Of a stretch of 64,000 bases of DNA, positions 1-14,790 are shown one piece after another. How positions within the stretch are numbered: position 1 is the stretch's first letter; every line of letters begins with the position of its first letter. The translations under genes and the position numbers were made by a program. The DNA is from Octopus sinensis. Lineage: Eukaryota. The stretch lies in assembly GCF_006345805.1 (NCBI RefSeq), contig NW_021831847.1, positions 364,999-428,998 on the forward strand. The letters run 5' to 3'. Under the pieces are notes generated by a model, which saw nothing but the letters and a program-made list of their open reading frames with translations, did no database searches and was not told the origin of the DNA.

Positions 1-556
1 CCCTGAGAGCATACGTTACCTGGGGCTCACAATCGACGCAAACTCGAGATACCATTTGCATTTCAAACGGAGAAAAGGGAAAGCCATCGCCGCTCTCCGA
101 CTCCTAAGAAGCATGCACTTGAATCCAAATACCTTCCTATTTGTATACCATGCAACAATCTTGCCCAGCCTACTGTATGGTATGGAAGCTTGGTTCTACT
201 CGAAACAATATGAGAAAATTCTGCGAAAATGCGAAAAAATACGGAGATACGCTCTAAAACTAGCCTATATGCTAAATCCATGGGAGCCTGTCCCAAGCTG
301 GGCGGAGAGCAAGTCTCCAGAGCTACGGCAGGCCATCGAGGCTTCTATCCGAACTTTTCGGAAACGCTCTAAAGTAACTGACCTATTCATCGATCGTGGA
401 GAATAGCAGGTGTCCCTGCTCATAGACAGACAAAGCGGACGAACCATGGAAGAGCTCGAATGCCCAAAGCAATCGTCTCGTCAAAATTACTTTCCGCACT
501 AATTTTCTGTCTCGCTCTTCTTTCTTACAATAAAATTCTTCGTTCGTTCGTTCGTC
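1..556 (+). mobile_element. 3' end of a non-LTR retrotransposon (RT C-terminus, CR1/L2/Jockey group) with AATAAA and a (TTCG)n tail
   Basis: YLGLTID...IAALRLLRS..YHATILPSLLYG RT C-terminal motifs; aataaa followed by ttcgttcgttcg at about 528-556. Confidence 0.75.
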
Positions 557-606
557 GTTGTGATTGATTATTAATTTTTCTAAAAAATTGAAAAATCATT
601 AATCAA

Positions 607-3048
<2,442 letters not shown>

Positions 3049-3229
3049 TCTAACACAAACAAATTTATTATGTCCAGATTTAGGCAATTTATTAAACTTT
3101 ATTTTATCATGTTCATAAATTTAAATTTACATAAATTATTTTTTCTCAAAATTCATTTTAATATCACTAATAAAATAAATCAAATAAAAAATGCTTTTTA
3201 ACAATGCTATTTTAAACTATTTCCAAAAT

Positions 3230-5360
3230 CTGTACTGATTTGATCGATCTATTTCCCAATCTAGCATTTCCATATTTACATACTTTTATCTGGAAGTAAC
3301 TAGTCCAGTATGAAGATGAAAATTAAATAAAGATATACTTTGCTTTTCAATACATCGCTTCTTCTATCTTCTAGCACTCCAAGGTATCTGTAACCTTCCA
3401 TCCCATCAAGCAATTTAGCTTCAGAACCAAGGTTTGCCAGATTAGTTGCATACTTTTCGACATTTTTTCTCCGACAGCTTCGAAGAAATTATTTACCTCA
3501 TTCATCATATTCATCATTGTATCTTCTTTTTGTGAAAATATTTTTAGATCATCCATAAACAGTAAGTGATTTGTTGTATATATAATACAACCCTGATCTT
3601 GGTTATCAATCATCACTTTTGGGTACTTAGCATTCAGAATTCTACTAAAAGGATCCATCACCAGGACAAAGATTTGAGGTGACAAGGAATCACCCTGGAG
3701 TATGCCTCTTTCCAATTTTACCTCTCCGATTTCATTATGATTCAGAATTAGCTTTATTCTCCACTTCGTTACATGGTTCTTCACAAAATTCACAATCCAG
3801 CTAGAAAGTCCGGAGTTTTCAAGCACCTGGAACAGAAAGTCGTGATCTACCGAATCGAACGCTTTCTTTGCATCAATCCAGGTAGAAAACAAATTATTTC
3901 CGTTTTGCTTGTGAATGCACCGGTTAAGAATTGCTTGTTCCTTTGCCCCTTGACACATTCGCCAAGTTCCCAATTGATTATCGGCAATCAGATTATATGC
4001 CTTAATATAATCTCCCAACTTCCTGTTAACACATTTCGTTGCAAGTTTATATAAGTTAGACATACAAGTAATTGATCTCAAATCTTTGGGTCCTTGACAA
4101 ATATCTTTCTTTGGGATGAGATATGTGATTCCAGTGTAGAACCACTCATCCGGTGTGTATTCACCATGGATTATCCTGACTAGTTCTTTACAGAAGTGAT
4201 CATGGATTGAGGTAATTTTTTTAGAAAGAAATTATACACCCCATCACAACCGCTAGCTCTCCAGTTTGGGAGTTGTTTAATTATTTCAAAGATGCTTTCC
4301 TTACTAAACTCTGCAAATGTATCCTCTGCCCATGTCACTCTCTTGTTAATTTGTAACACATTATCGCTCTTCTCATTTCTACTCCATATTTTTTTCCAAT
4401 ATGATAGACATTCACTGTTATTAAAGAAACAACGCCGATTCAGTTCAAAGAATTAATTCTGTTTCCGAAATTCTTTTCTTGCATCATGGAGTCGATGTTT
4501 CTTCTCAACAATCTTTATTTCGACTCCAATGCAAGCAGAAATTCTTCCAAGTTCTCCTTTCTTTGCCTTTCGATATCCATATTCACTCAGCGTATCCCTC
4601 GTTGCATTATCGAACTTCAAGCTTCCTTTTTGATAAATAAGTGTATTAGTCTGTTCGTATTGTTCTTTAAGTTTAATTAGTTTTGCTTCCATAATTCCTT
4701 TCCAGTTGTTATTCTTCGTATTTTGTAAGAGCTTGGTATGTCAGCTGTGCAGCATAAACAATATCATTCAAATTGACAGGAGGGTTGGTCTTTATATATT
4801 CATTAATCAATGCATTTATTCTAGACAATATTTCTTTTTTAAGTAGTTGATATGGAACTTTTTTGGCCGGCTTTCGTTTTTTTCGAGAGATAGATTTTAC
4901 TTGCTCTATTTGGGAAAAAAATTCAATTGAGCAATCTCTAAAATTAGAGATTTCAGTTTTGTGATCATTTCTTGATCCATTGGAGAGTTAGACTTTGTTC
5001 CCGTCATCTTAGCCAGACTCTTCACATTCGCCACAGATTTAAACGTGGGGAACTTTTTGTTGAAAGCCTGAGTAATCATAGGGCATCCACCACGTGGTAT
5101 TCTTTTGAATCTTGCTCGAGAAACGTTAACCACTTCATTCGTCCAACTGCGTTACTTGATCGATGATAGCCCGTAGAGTTAACAGATTAGCAAGACAATC
5201 CGGTTGAAAAACCGAATTTGGAGGGGGAATATCAGATTCTTGCGTTCCAAGCTGCCCACGGACCACACGATCTACGTTATTATTGGTTTCTCTTTCATTA
5301 TCCTTCGTAGATAGGTCCATTGGAAATGTTTCATTAAACCCAGTAGAAACAAACATGCAC
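3230..5360 (-). mobile_element. R4/Dong-like non-LTR retrotransposon, frameshifted, 3'-truncated (no RLE seen)
   Basis: RT motifs NQLG..QGAKEQ, WIDAKKAFDSVDH, GILQGDSLSP, NHLLFMDDLKIF; several broken upstream ORFs. Confidence 0.75.
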
Positions 5361-5394
5361 TTAACAACAAGAATTATTAATCTTGATATTTATA

Positions 5395-6330
5395 GAATGT
5401 TGTTTATTGATCAAAGAAGAACAGAAACCGAAAGAAAACAAGGAAAGATCGTTAACGGGGAGATTAAACAAGGCACCGAAGTGTCTCTTTCAATGCGTAT
5501 CCCTAAATATTGTCGGTGTCGACAACTTTTCTCCAAGACCATCCGGATCGTGGGCAAAGATGATTCTTGCGAGCTTTCTAGCCTTCCGTCAAGTTGTACT
5601 CCATAAGCCAGGTTCAATGCGAAACGTCTTGTTTTTTCCAACTGTTCGAAGGTAGTCACTCTCTTCCGTACCGTACCAGCCCTTGTAGCCATATGCGAGG
5701 ACTGGCTGTACTCACGTTTTGTAGACGTAAATGTACGTTTCCGGATCCAGATAGAACCTGGTTAAGCTTTTGAGGATTCTAACGCTCCTCTTCCTCTGTT
5801 TAGCTACGTGGTCGGCGTACGAATTACAGCAGTTGACTATTATTCCAAAGTAGTGTAGATTCAAACTCTTGGAGAGATCCATATCATAATCACTCATAGC
5901 ATAGGAACATGTAGCTGCACAACGCGTTCCTCTTCTCGGGTGCTATGGTCAAGCCCTATTCAGCAGTCCACTTCTTTAACTCGGCAATGTACGATTTCAG
6001 TCGTCTCCAAGACTGTGATATCCTTTTCGAGGTATCCATAACCAGGATATCATCAGCGTAGATGACAAGCTTGCCATTACGTACAGACGTCCGACAAGAC
6101 GAGGTTGAAAAAAAGTGGACTCAAGACAGATCCCTGCGGGACGCCTTTTCTAAGTTCCACACATCTCGATAGGCGGTTCCCACAGTGAACAAAAGATTTC
6201 CTCCCACACAAGAAGTTTTCTAGCCATCGATTGATCTTTAATCCGGCTCCAGTGTCATGGACTCTCACAAGTAGGCTCAAGTGCCATACGCTATTAAAAG
6301 CTTTTAGGCTCAAGTAGGCTCAAGTGCCTT
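5395..6330 (-). mobile_element. 5'-truncated non-LTR RT fragment (CR1/L2/Jockey group)
   Basis: KAFNSVWH, KGVPQGSVLSPLFFN, downstream IYVY(K)T..VRPALEY-like C-terminus; AATAAA near 5405. Confidence 0.75.
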
Positions 6331-6370
6331 CACAATCACAAGCTAGAAATTGCGCTAAATATATTGCTGA

Positions 6371-8646
6371 CTAGCTCGGCAGCTCGCTTCGCTCACCGCG
6401 ACCTAGCTCCTGCGGAGGGCCTGTTTCATCAAACAACTATAAGTTTATGTAGATGTATAAAACTACCTGGTTTAATGTAACCCTATTCTATCGCCTGTTG
6501 ATAAACGATGTTTGTCGTCCGTCCTTCCTTGGCATATATGAATAAATTTTCTCTTCTGCCTACCCTCGAGCATTCCACATATAGCTGTCCATGTGAAAAG
6601 CACTCACTCTCTAAAAATAACCCAACTACCTTTAATGACTGTCACTGGGCCTTGTTTATTGTCATTGCAAAACTCATCCTCAAAGGAAATTGCAGTCTTT
6701 TAAATCTAAATGGTAATTCATCAGAAATTATCGGAATTCGTGGAATATAAACATCCTCACCTCTATACTTACCTGTTAATATCGTCGCCTCTATTACGTT
6801 AGCCATTAAATTTTTGATAACTAACCTCGTTCCGTTGCATAATTTAGGTGGCGCAAGATTTCGTAATAAAACCACTGGCGGAAAAGAGGCAGGCAGAGTA
6901 GCAGCAGCCAAAAAAGCGACACACAAAAAAGATTTAATTAATTACCTTAAGGTGCCCGTTTTTTCTTCAGCTTCGTTTTTCTTCTTTCGGTTATCTATTT
7001 AAAAAATTATTTTTGAATAATAAAAAATATTAGGAAAAAAGAGGCATACAGAAAATAAATTCTATCTTTACGAAAAACTTATTTTCTTTAGGTCGTCTTC
7101 CCTCCTTCGGTTATCTATTGAAAAAATTATTTTTGAATAATAAAAAAGTTTAGGAAAAGAGACATACCGAAAATAAATTCTATCTTTACGAAAAACTTAA
7201 CTAAATAGTGAATATTTTTACGCAAATTCTTCAGATTGCGCTGTCAATTGGTGGTAAATTGTGTTAATGATTGTGCTAATGTGGTTTCAACTATCAAAGT
7301 GTTTTTCAAAATCTGTTAATTGCACACTCTATTCAAGGTCGTGCGTCAATTGGTGGTAAATTGTGTTAATGATTATGCTAATGTGGTTTCAACTATCAAA
7401 GTGGTTTTTTAAAATCTGTTAATTGCACACTCTATTCAAAGTCGTGCAATCTGTGATTGCACATTCTGTCAAAGTCAAATATGATAATAGCTTTAATTTT
7501 GATTCATGGTCGATAATGATATATGCATTTAATTTTAAAGAGAAAACATAGGATGAATTGAATTTCTTTATCGCGAATAATGGGAGTTCATCATTGTTAA
7601 TATTCTCGCTGTCGTTTTCATCAAGGATATTCTTAATACGTGAGATTTTTGCCTGGAAGGTTTTAATGGACCTCATCATGAATGTCGAGGACATTCGCGT
7701 TGTTCATTTTAACCAAAATGCAGAAAATTTTTTTTTAATTTTTTTTAGGGGGAAGGTTTTAAGGACCTCATCATGTAAGTCGAGGACATCGTAGTTGTTC
7801 ATTTTAACCAAAATGCAGAAAATTTTTTTTTTTTTTTTTTTTTGGAGGGAAGGTTTTAAGGACCTCATCATGTAAGTCGAGGACATCGTAGTTGTTCATT
7901 TTAACCAAAATGCAGGAAATTTTTTTTTAATTTTTTTGAAGGGAAGGTTTTAAGGACCTCATCATGTAAGTCGAGGACATCGTAGTTGTTCATTTTAACC
8001 AAAATGCAGAAAATTTTTTTTTAATTTTTTTTTGGAGGGAAGGTTTTAAGGACCTCATCATGTAAGTCGAGGACATCGTAGTTGTTCATTTTAACCAAAA
8101 TGCAGGAAATTTTTTTTTAATTTTTTTGAAGGGAAGGTTTTAAGGACCTCATCATGTAAGTCGAGGACATCGTAGTTGTTCATTTTAACCAAAATGCAGA
8201 AAATTTTTTTTAATTTTTTTGGGGGGAAGGTTTTAAGGACCTCATCATGTAAGTCGAGGACATCGTAGTTGTTCATTTTAACCAAAATGCAGAAAATTTT
8301 TTTTTAATTTTTTTTGGGGGGAAGGTTTTAAGGACCTCATCATGTAAGTCGAGGATATCGTAGTTGTTCATTTTAACCAAAATGCAGAAAATTTTTTTTA
8401 ATTTTTTTTGGGGGGGAAAGTTTTAAGGACCTCATCATGTAAGTCGAGGACATCGTAGTTGTTCATTTTGACCAAAATGCAGAAAAATTTTTTTTAATTT
8501 TTTTGGGGGGAAGGTTTTAAGGACCTCATCATGTAAGTCGAGGACATCGTATTGCCAATTTGAAGTTGGTGTGCACACACAGACAGACAGACAGAACGAC
8601 AGACAGACAGACGACAGACACACACCATACCATTTTATTATTAAGA
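6371..8646 (-). mobile_element. Non-autonomous Helitron with both termini intact (5'-TC...CTAG-3', inserted between A and T)
   Basis: Minus-strand 5' end A|TCTTAATAATAAAATG followed by (GTCT)n; 3' GC-rich hairpin region ending GAGCTAG|T; PIF1 helicase remnant VVLLRNLAPPKLCNGTRL...FAMTINKAQ..QSLKVVGL..CFSHGQLYV..SRV (about 6480-6890). Confidence 0.9.
7655..8545. repeat. Tandem array of about 10 units of 93-97 bp inside the Helitron
   Basis: gacctcatcatg recurs at 7669, 7764, 7861, 7955, 8051, 8145, 8238, 8333, 8428 and 8522. Confidence 0.97.
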
Positions 8647-8759
8647 TGAATATATGGATTCTTTTAGGATCAAATTCAAGTATTCCATCAAATTTTATTT
8701 TCTAGACAACAAAAAATTTTTTCAATAGTCGATGAGATTCAAATCCGAAACCAACGATA

Positions 8760-8950
8760 TTTCGCGGTTTTGGTGGGATTAATCAAACCCCCTAAAATTA
8801 CTTATTTGGTCTCATTCAAGCAAATTGATTCTGCACCTACAAAAAATATTATAGCCCAGATTGGTGATGATTCGATCCGAAATCTTATGGTCGAAAGGGT
8901 TAATTTTATGCTTCTTATTTCTGATGCTGCAAGGTATATGATGGCCGGTA
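8760..8950 (+). mobile_element. hAT-type transposase fragment, part 1
   Basis: IDSAPTKNIIAQIGDDS..VNFMLLISDAARYM resembles hAT catalytic-region motif (VTDAAPYM). Confidence 0.55.
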
Positions 8951-9189
8951 TTGTTTTAATTCATTTACGATTTAGCCGGGAAAGTTTTAAAAAATCTATA
9001 CCCCTCGACATAAATATTGGTGAATCTTCAACTTACTTCATTCATACAAAGAATGATTTAATTTTTTCTTCAGATATATTTAAAATCTGATATAAATTGA
9101 TAAAAATTAATTTAATTATTTAAATTTTGAAATTTTGTCTAAGAAATTTGGAAAAAACAACGACTTCATTGGCATAAAATTTGGTTATT

Positions 9190-9450
9190 GTGAGATTAAT
9201 ATGTAGAATAACCTCCTTTTGCCGAATAGATCTCCCAACACCTTTTTTTCATTGACTCAACTAATTTTTCAAGTGTTTTTGATGGAATAGAATTCCAAAT
9301 ATCCAATAGATTTTCCTTCAGTGCCTGAATGTTCTCATTTTTTCTTTGCCTAATTTGAACCTTCATATAAGCCCACAAATGCTCTATCGGATTTAAATCC
9401 GGAGATTGCGAAGGCCATTCTAATTTTTTATATTTTTTTCGCGAAAATAT
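9190..9450 (-). mobile_element. Tc1 transposase C-terminal fragment
   Basis: LEWPSQSPDLNPIEHLWAYMK...IWNSIP..LVESMKKRC...KGG. Confidence 0.85.
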
Positions 9451-9534
9451 TGATTTCTTGCAATATTAAAATTTAAATCTATTTTAATTATAAATACAAA
9501 ATAAATATTATTTTAGAAGATCTAATTTTTAGCT

Positions 9535-10860
9535 TGATGACCTCATCATTCTGGGTTCCCCAATCAATAGCAAGGCTACTAAGAAGGCTTTATATGGCAG
9601 GCTCGAAGAATTGGAAACTTTAATCTCCCGCATTTCCAAACTCGAATCCCATTTAGGCCTTTTTTGCTAAAGAACTATCTCTTCATACCGAGGCTAACTT
9701 ATCTCTTGCGCTCATCGCCGTGCTTTCTCGAACAAAATCACTTATTTCGTCTCGACAACATGGTCTCCGAAGCTCTTGAACTCCTCGTAAATATCAAATT
9801 CAAACCTTCAGACATGCGACAGGTTAATTTACCTATTCGTTACGGGGGCATCGGCATTCGTTCTTGTGTTGATTTATCCTTTCATGTTACCTTTCCTCGT
9901 TGTCTGCCTCTGCTACTTCCTTCAACTCTGTTCTCTTCCCCTTCCCTGAACAGCCCGAGTTGTTGGAATATGCGGCGGGTGTCAACATGTGGATTTTTCG
10001 TGGGCTTAAAATCCCGGACGTCCCCTCAGTTCAAAAGAACTGGGATGAGATACATTGTTTGCATACACTCGAAGATATCCGCCTACGTGCTGACCAGTTT
10101 CAGTTGGCAAGCATCAATTGTGCCTGTCAACCCCACTCGGCCGATTGGCTTGACGCTTTGCCAATTTCCTCTGCTGGAATGTTGCTGGACGACGAATCTG
10201 TCCGCATCGGAATTTGTTTACGGCTTGGCATAGAGATTTGCCTGCCACATCAGTGCAGATGCAGAAAGGTCATTGACAGGAGAGGGCTACACCCCCTCTC
10301 TTGTCGCCTCAGTACCGGCCGTATACCAGACATGCTGCCTTGAATGATATTGTCAAGCGCGCGCTCAACGCCGCTGGATTCCCTTCGGTCCTAGAGCCGG
10401 TTGGTTTAGACCGTGGCGACGGAAAACGTCCCGACGGGTCCACGCTATTCCCGTTCAAGGGGGGACTCGCTCTCGTTTGGGACGTGACCTGTGTCGACTC
10501 GTTTTCCTCGTCATCTCTCATGGACTCTGCCTCCCGTCCTGGCTCAGCCTCCGCACATGCCGAAACAAAAAAAATAACAAAGTATGTCTCATTGGAGAAC
10601 ACCTGCCTTTTCGTCCCCTGGCTTTCGAAACGAGCGGGATAATCGGCCAAAAGCTCTTGAGTTCCTTTCGGAAATCGGCTTGATGATCTCAAGGAAGAGT
10701 CACGAGAGACGTGAGTCTAGTTGGCTTTTTCAGCGCATTTCGCTCGCGATATTGCGCGGAAACTGCCTATCTATTCGCGCGTCCTCTCAATCAAAGAATT
10801 AACATCATTAATTTACTTAATTAACAATTATTTTAGTTTAATAAAAAAAAAATGAAAAAA
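9535..10860 (+). mobile_element. CRE-clade non-LTR retrotransposon 3' part (thumb, CCHC, RLE endonuclease) with A-rich tail; frameshifted
   Basis: LGSPI, LLRSSPCF, LPIRYGGIGIR, CRCRKVIDRRGLHPLSC, RHAALND, DGKRPDG...WDVTC; poly-A about 10843-10860. Confidence 0.85.
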
Positions 10861-10949
10861 AGAAGATCTAAAGGATCTTAAAGTATGAATTTATTCGTTT
10901 TTAAATGAAAAAAAGCAGGAAAGATTAAATAACCAAATTTTTTGTCGAG

Positions 10950-11190
10950 GGGTGTATATCCTAATCTTTTCCATATCAAATGCGTCGCCCATATTTACAT
11001 AGTTGTTCAATTGAGGTCAGAAAATCTTATCCAGAAGTCGATGATGTGATGGCTAGCCTACAAGCTGCTATTAGGAAGAACAAAAAGCGACAATTGTTGT
11101 TTTCAGAAATTGGAATTCCACCAAAAGTCGTATTGACTAGATGGGGTACCTGGTTAAAAGCTGCATCTTATTGTTTTCCATGGTATATCT
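10950..11190 (+). mobile_element. hAT-type transposase fragment, part 2 (continuation of 8760-8950)
   Basis: YPNLFHIKCVAH (CxxH motif), then PPKVVLTRWGTWLKAA. Confidence 0.65.
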
Positions 11191-11624
11191 TAACCAGCCA
11201 ATCTTAAACTATGGATATCAAACTTTTTCAGTAATTGGAGAGGTCAATCGAGTTCAAGATATGCTTCCTTCCTTATGGGGTTCCGCTCTTAAGAATCGTA
11301 CTTTTTATAATAAATCGTCGTGAAATATGAGATGCATTTAATATCCACAGATTTGTGGTTTTATCAATCATTATTTGTTTAGGAATGGTTTACATTTTTG
11401 TTTTAGTTTTATGTTCTTTTTTTTTTTGAAAGGTGTCAAAAAGGGGAAGAAATGTAAAATTTTATACCATTTTTCTTTCTTTGTGTGCTTTGAAGATTTA
11501 ACATACATACAAAATTGATTTTAGTATTTCAAAAAACTGGGATTCTAACAACAGATCTATTAAAAAGCCAATCAGTCGAGGGTTGTTCAAACTTATATTT
11601 TGATTTTGCTCAAATAAAATTGTA

Positions 11625-11900
11625 AACTTTGATGCTATTCCGGAAATTAATCAAACTAATATTAAATTAATATCAAGGGAGAACAGAATACGTCACATAG
11701 TAATACTAGACAAAAGTATCTCGTACTAAATAAGCCTATGTGATCATAATAATTGATTAATTGGTAATTAAGAGACTTGATGCTATTCCGGAAATTAATC
11801 AAACTAATAAAGTAATATCAAGGTAATACTAGACAAAAGCATCTCGTACTGAATTAGCCTATGCGATCATAGTACATATTCAGTTGGTAATTAAGACAAC
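11625..11900. repeat. Degenerate two-copy tandem duplication (about 150 and 120 bp)
   Basis: ttgatgctattccggaaattaatcaaactaata and gtaatactagacaaaag.atctcgtact each occur twice. Confidence 0.85.
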
Positions 11901-11952
11901 TAAAGTAAGGACAACTGAATTGACTGTCACTGCTTACCGAAACAAGAAAATC

Positions 11953-12260
11953 TCATGGCGACATCGGGTTCTTCAATTTCATCGGGGGCATTGACCGAGC
12001 TTTGATCGATTTTCCACCTTCATCGACATTCCGAAGTTCTTTTGGTCTGCGGGATCACATTTGCGGAATACGCTTTTCTCCGTTGATGTGGTGATCGAGG
12101 TAGTTGGTTGAGTCCTTTATCAGGCAGTCATAAACCTCGCAAAAAGGTTAGGAAGAGGTCGGTTCCGAGGCTGTCACCATGTGGATTTGCCCTAATTTGG
12201 AGTCCAAATCTAACAGTTAGGGTCAGTCATGTTCATTGCCTTCAGATTGCCTTCAAAATT
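11953..12260 (-). pseudogene. ZMAT2: ZMAT2/Snu23 (spliceosomal B-complex U1-type zinc finger protein) pseudogene
   Basis: DLDSKLGQIHMVT..*PFCEVYDCLIKDSTNYLDHHINGEK|HQKNFGMSMKVEKS; in-frame TAA (12148-12150), Cys->Tyr in the finger, 25-nt GT-AG intron 12047-12071. Confidence 0.8.
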
Positions 12261-13214
12261 AATTAAAAAACACTATACAAAGAACTTTATTTGATTTTTT
12301 CAGTAAATAATGTGTTTTATAAACAGATTGGTAAATTGATCACTAATTTGATCATTTATCTAACAATCATATAAATTTTAAATTCCTTCATAATCCGAAA
12401 CCCGAAGGGAAAGTCGATTTGAATTTTTCTGATTAACGAGGCTTGACTGTATCCTTATTTCAGCTATCTGGAGAATCATTGAGATATGCTCTCTAAAATT
12501 TACACTGTTTATAAACTACTAAGTAGAAGTGTGTTTTAATTAAAATATAATTTTTTCATTAATAAATTATCTTAATTTTTAGTTACCAAATTATTAATAA
12601 AAAACCTAATAAATTATGCCACGTGTGACCACGCTGTTGCCATACCTTGTTGTCCTGCTACATTATTTGGTCGATCTTTATTTTTATTTAATTGGATTAG
12701 AAGGAATATTTTGCGATGCAGTTTCTTTTAATGGATAAATTATCTGAAATTTCATCATTTTGTAATATTTGCGAGTTTATTCTCTCAATCTGTTTACTTT
12801 ATTTTTATTTATTGAATTTCACTTTATTTTTTGATAGAAAGTTCTATTCTTAATATTCTTATAGCAGAATTTTATTCATTTGTTCCTGGATTTTTTTAAA
12901 AAGCGTGGGCTGCTTTTTTTTAATTTTGAAAATATTTCTAAATTGAATGGTAATTTCGATCATCCTGTACTTGAACTTTTAGCTGCAGCAATTTCAAGGC
13001 ATTCATGCCCCAAATTGACTGCAGCTTTAAATGATTTTTTTAATTAACAAGTTTTTTTTTAAACAAGAAAGGAATTAAAGATAGCTAAGTTATTAAAGGC
13101 CTCACGATGCTTCTACCAGGTCTCAAACTATTTTAATTGCCCTCTACAACAGAAATATATGTTTTTATAAATTAATGTGTCCGGCATATTAATGGACTCC
13201 ATCAAAATCTAATT

Positions 13215-14330
13215 ACAGTACGACCCCGCCCCAATAGAAAAGTGCCCCAAATATAGATGGTGCCCCTAAGATAGAGGTATATATAATTTTTACATTTAAA
13301 AGCAAATATCTGTATTTTTAATGTTTTTTCGTATTAAAAAAGATGAATTAATTTATTCTGTGAAAAATAATCAGTTGTTTTGAATCCAGTATTATATTTA
13401 TTTCTTAGAATCTTCGACATTTTTATCTTGAATTCATAGTATTCTTTGTGTCCTTCAGGGCAAGGAAGTTTCAAGATCATTAATTATTCTCATTGAATCT
13501 TTTAAGTCGGACCCTTCAATTTCATCATTTCCATTATACAAATTATCATTATTCTCAATTCCGTTTATTTCAAGATCCATTAAAGCTAAAACATGCTTAT
13601 CAATTAATTCAGATTCTTTTTTTGAATTAATTTTAGGAAAACATGTTCTCTGTTCGTTTATTTTCATCCAACAATTGACAATTGTTGTTGTTGTTACTCG
13701 ACTCCATGCTTCTCCCACATATGCGATTATTTGCCTTATATTAATTTTCAACAAAGTCGAATAGTATTTTTTAAGATCATCAGTACACATCATTTCATAA
13801 AGAACGTTGCTATAATAGGCTTTAAACGAATTTATGATCCCCTTATCTAAAGGTTGAAGAAGTGCTGTTGTATTTTTAGGAAATTTAAGAAATGATAAGT
13901 TTGAATATTCTTGTAATTTGTGGCACGGTGCATTATCCATAAGAATCAAAATTTTTCTGTTTTTTTGAGCCATTTCGAAGTTTATCTCTGTTACCATTTA
14001 TCGAAAATATCAATCGTCATCCAAGCATTTTTTGATGCAGTGTACAAAACCTAAAAATAATCTAATACAACATACTCCATAATCTTCAGTTTTTATATTT
14101 TTTAAGCATCTTGGGGATTTGAATTTCCCGATAACAAGGGGTTTTAATTTCTCACCTTCAAGGCTGCAGCATAAAAGAACCGAAACTCGTTCTTTACTTT
14201 TTGTTTTACCGAAACAGTCATCATTCGAAGATACAAATGATTTACATGAATTCTTTTCGACAAAAAAGGGATGTTTCGTCACAGTTGAGAATATCTTTTT
14301 TCTCGAATTTATCAAATAAATTAACTTTTT
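13215..14330 (-). mobile_element. pogo/Tigger transposon 3' portion (DDE_1) with one TIR
   Basis: NCDETSLF, KERVSVLLCCSLEGEKLKPLVIGKFKSPRCLK, ILMDNAPCH, LQPLDKGII; TA+cagtacgacccc end at about 13216. Confidence 0.85.
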
Positions 14331-14790
14331 TCTGATCAAGATATTGAATGGTGGATCTCGATTTGTGGCATGGGGCCCCATCTTGCTGGAACATCATATT
14401 TTGAAAATCTATATTTTCTAATCCTTTTTCGAGAATTCTTTGGTATTCATTGGAATTAACATTTTTCCTACTCAAAACCAATGCTCTTTTTCCAGTTGCA
14501 GTGATAGCACCCCATACCAAGATATTCGGAGAAAACTTTACAGTTTCTGATGAATATTTTTTCTCATTTCTACATTTTTCTGGTCTTCTAACATATCTTC
14601 TAACATTTGGAAATAACATAATTCGACATTCATCTGAAAAAATTACATTACTCCATTCTTCAAATCCCCATGTAAGTTTTTCAATACACCAGTCTAATCT
14701 TGACTTCAAATTTCTTATTGAAAGTTTCGGTTTTTTTACCATTATTCTACCATGAAGATTATTGGACCTTAAACATCGTTTTATCGTATC
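14325..14790 (-). mobile_element. Tc1 transposase central fragment
   Basis: KKPKLS..RLDWC...WSNVIFSDECR...VWGAIT...FQQDGAPCHKS. Confidence 0.88.

Noticed and set aside
7655-8545. Tandem array as a CRISPR array or as the repeated small ORFs in the track
   Set aside because: No unique spacers, eukaryotic context, no cas genes; the ORFs are by-products of a Helitron-internal repeat
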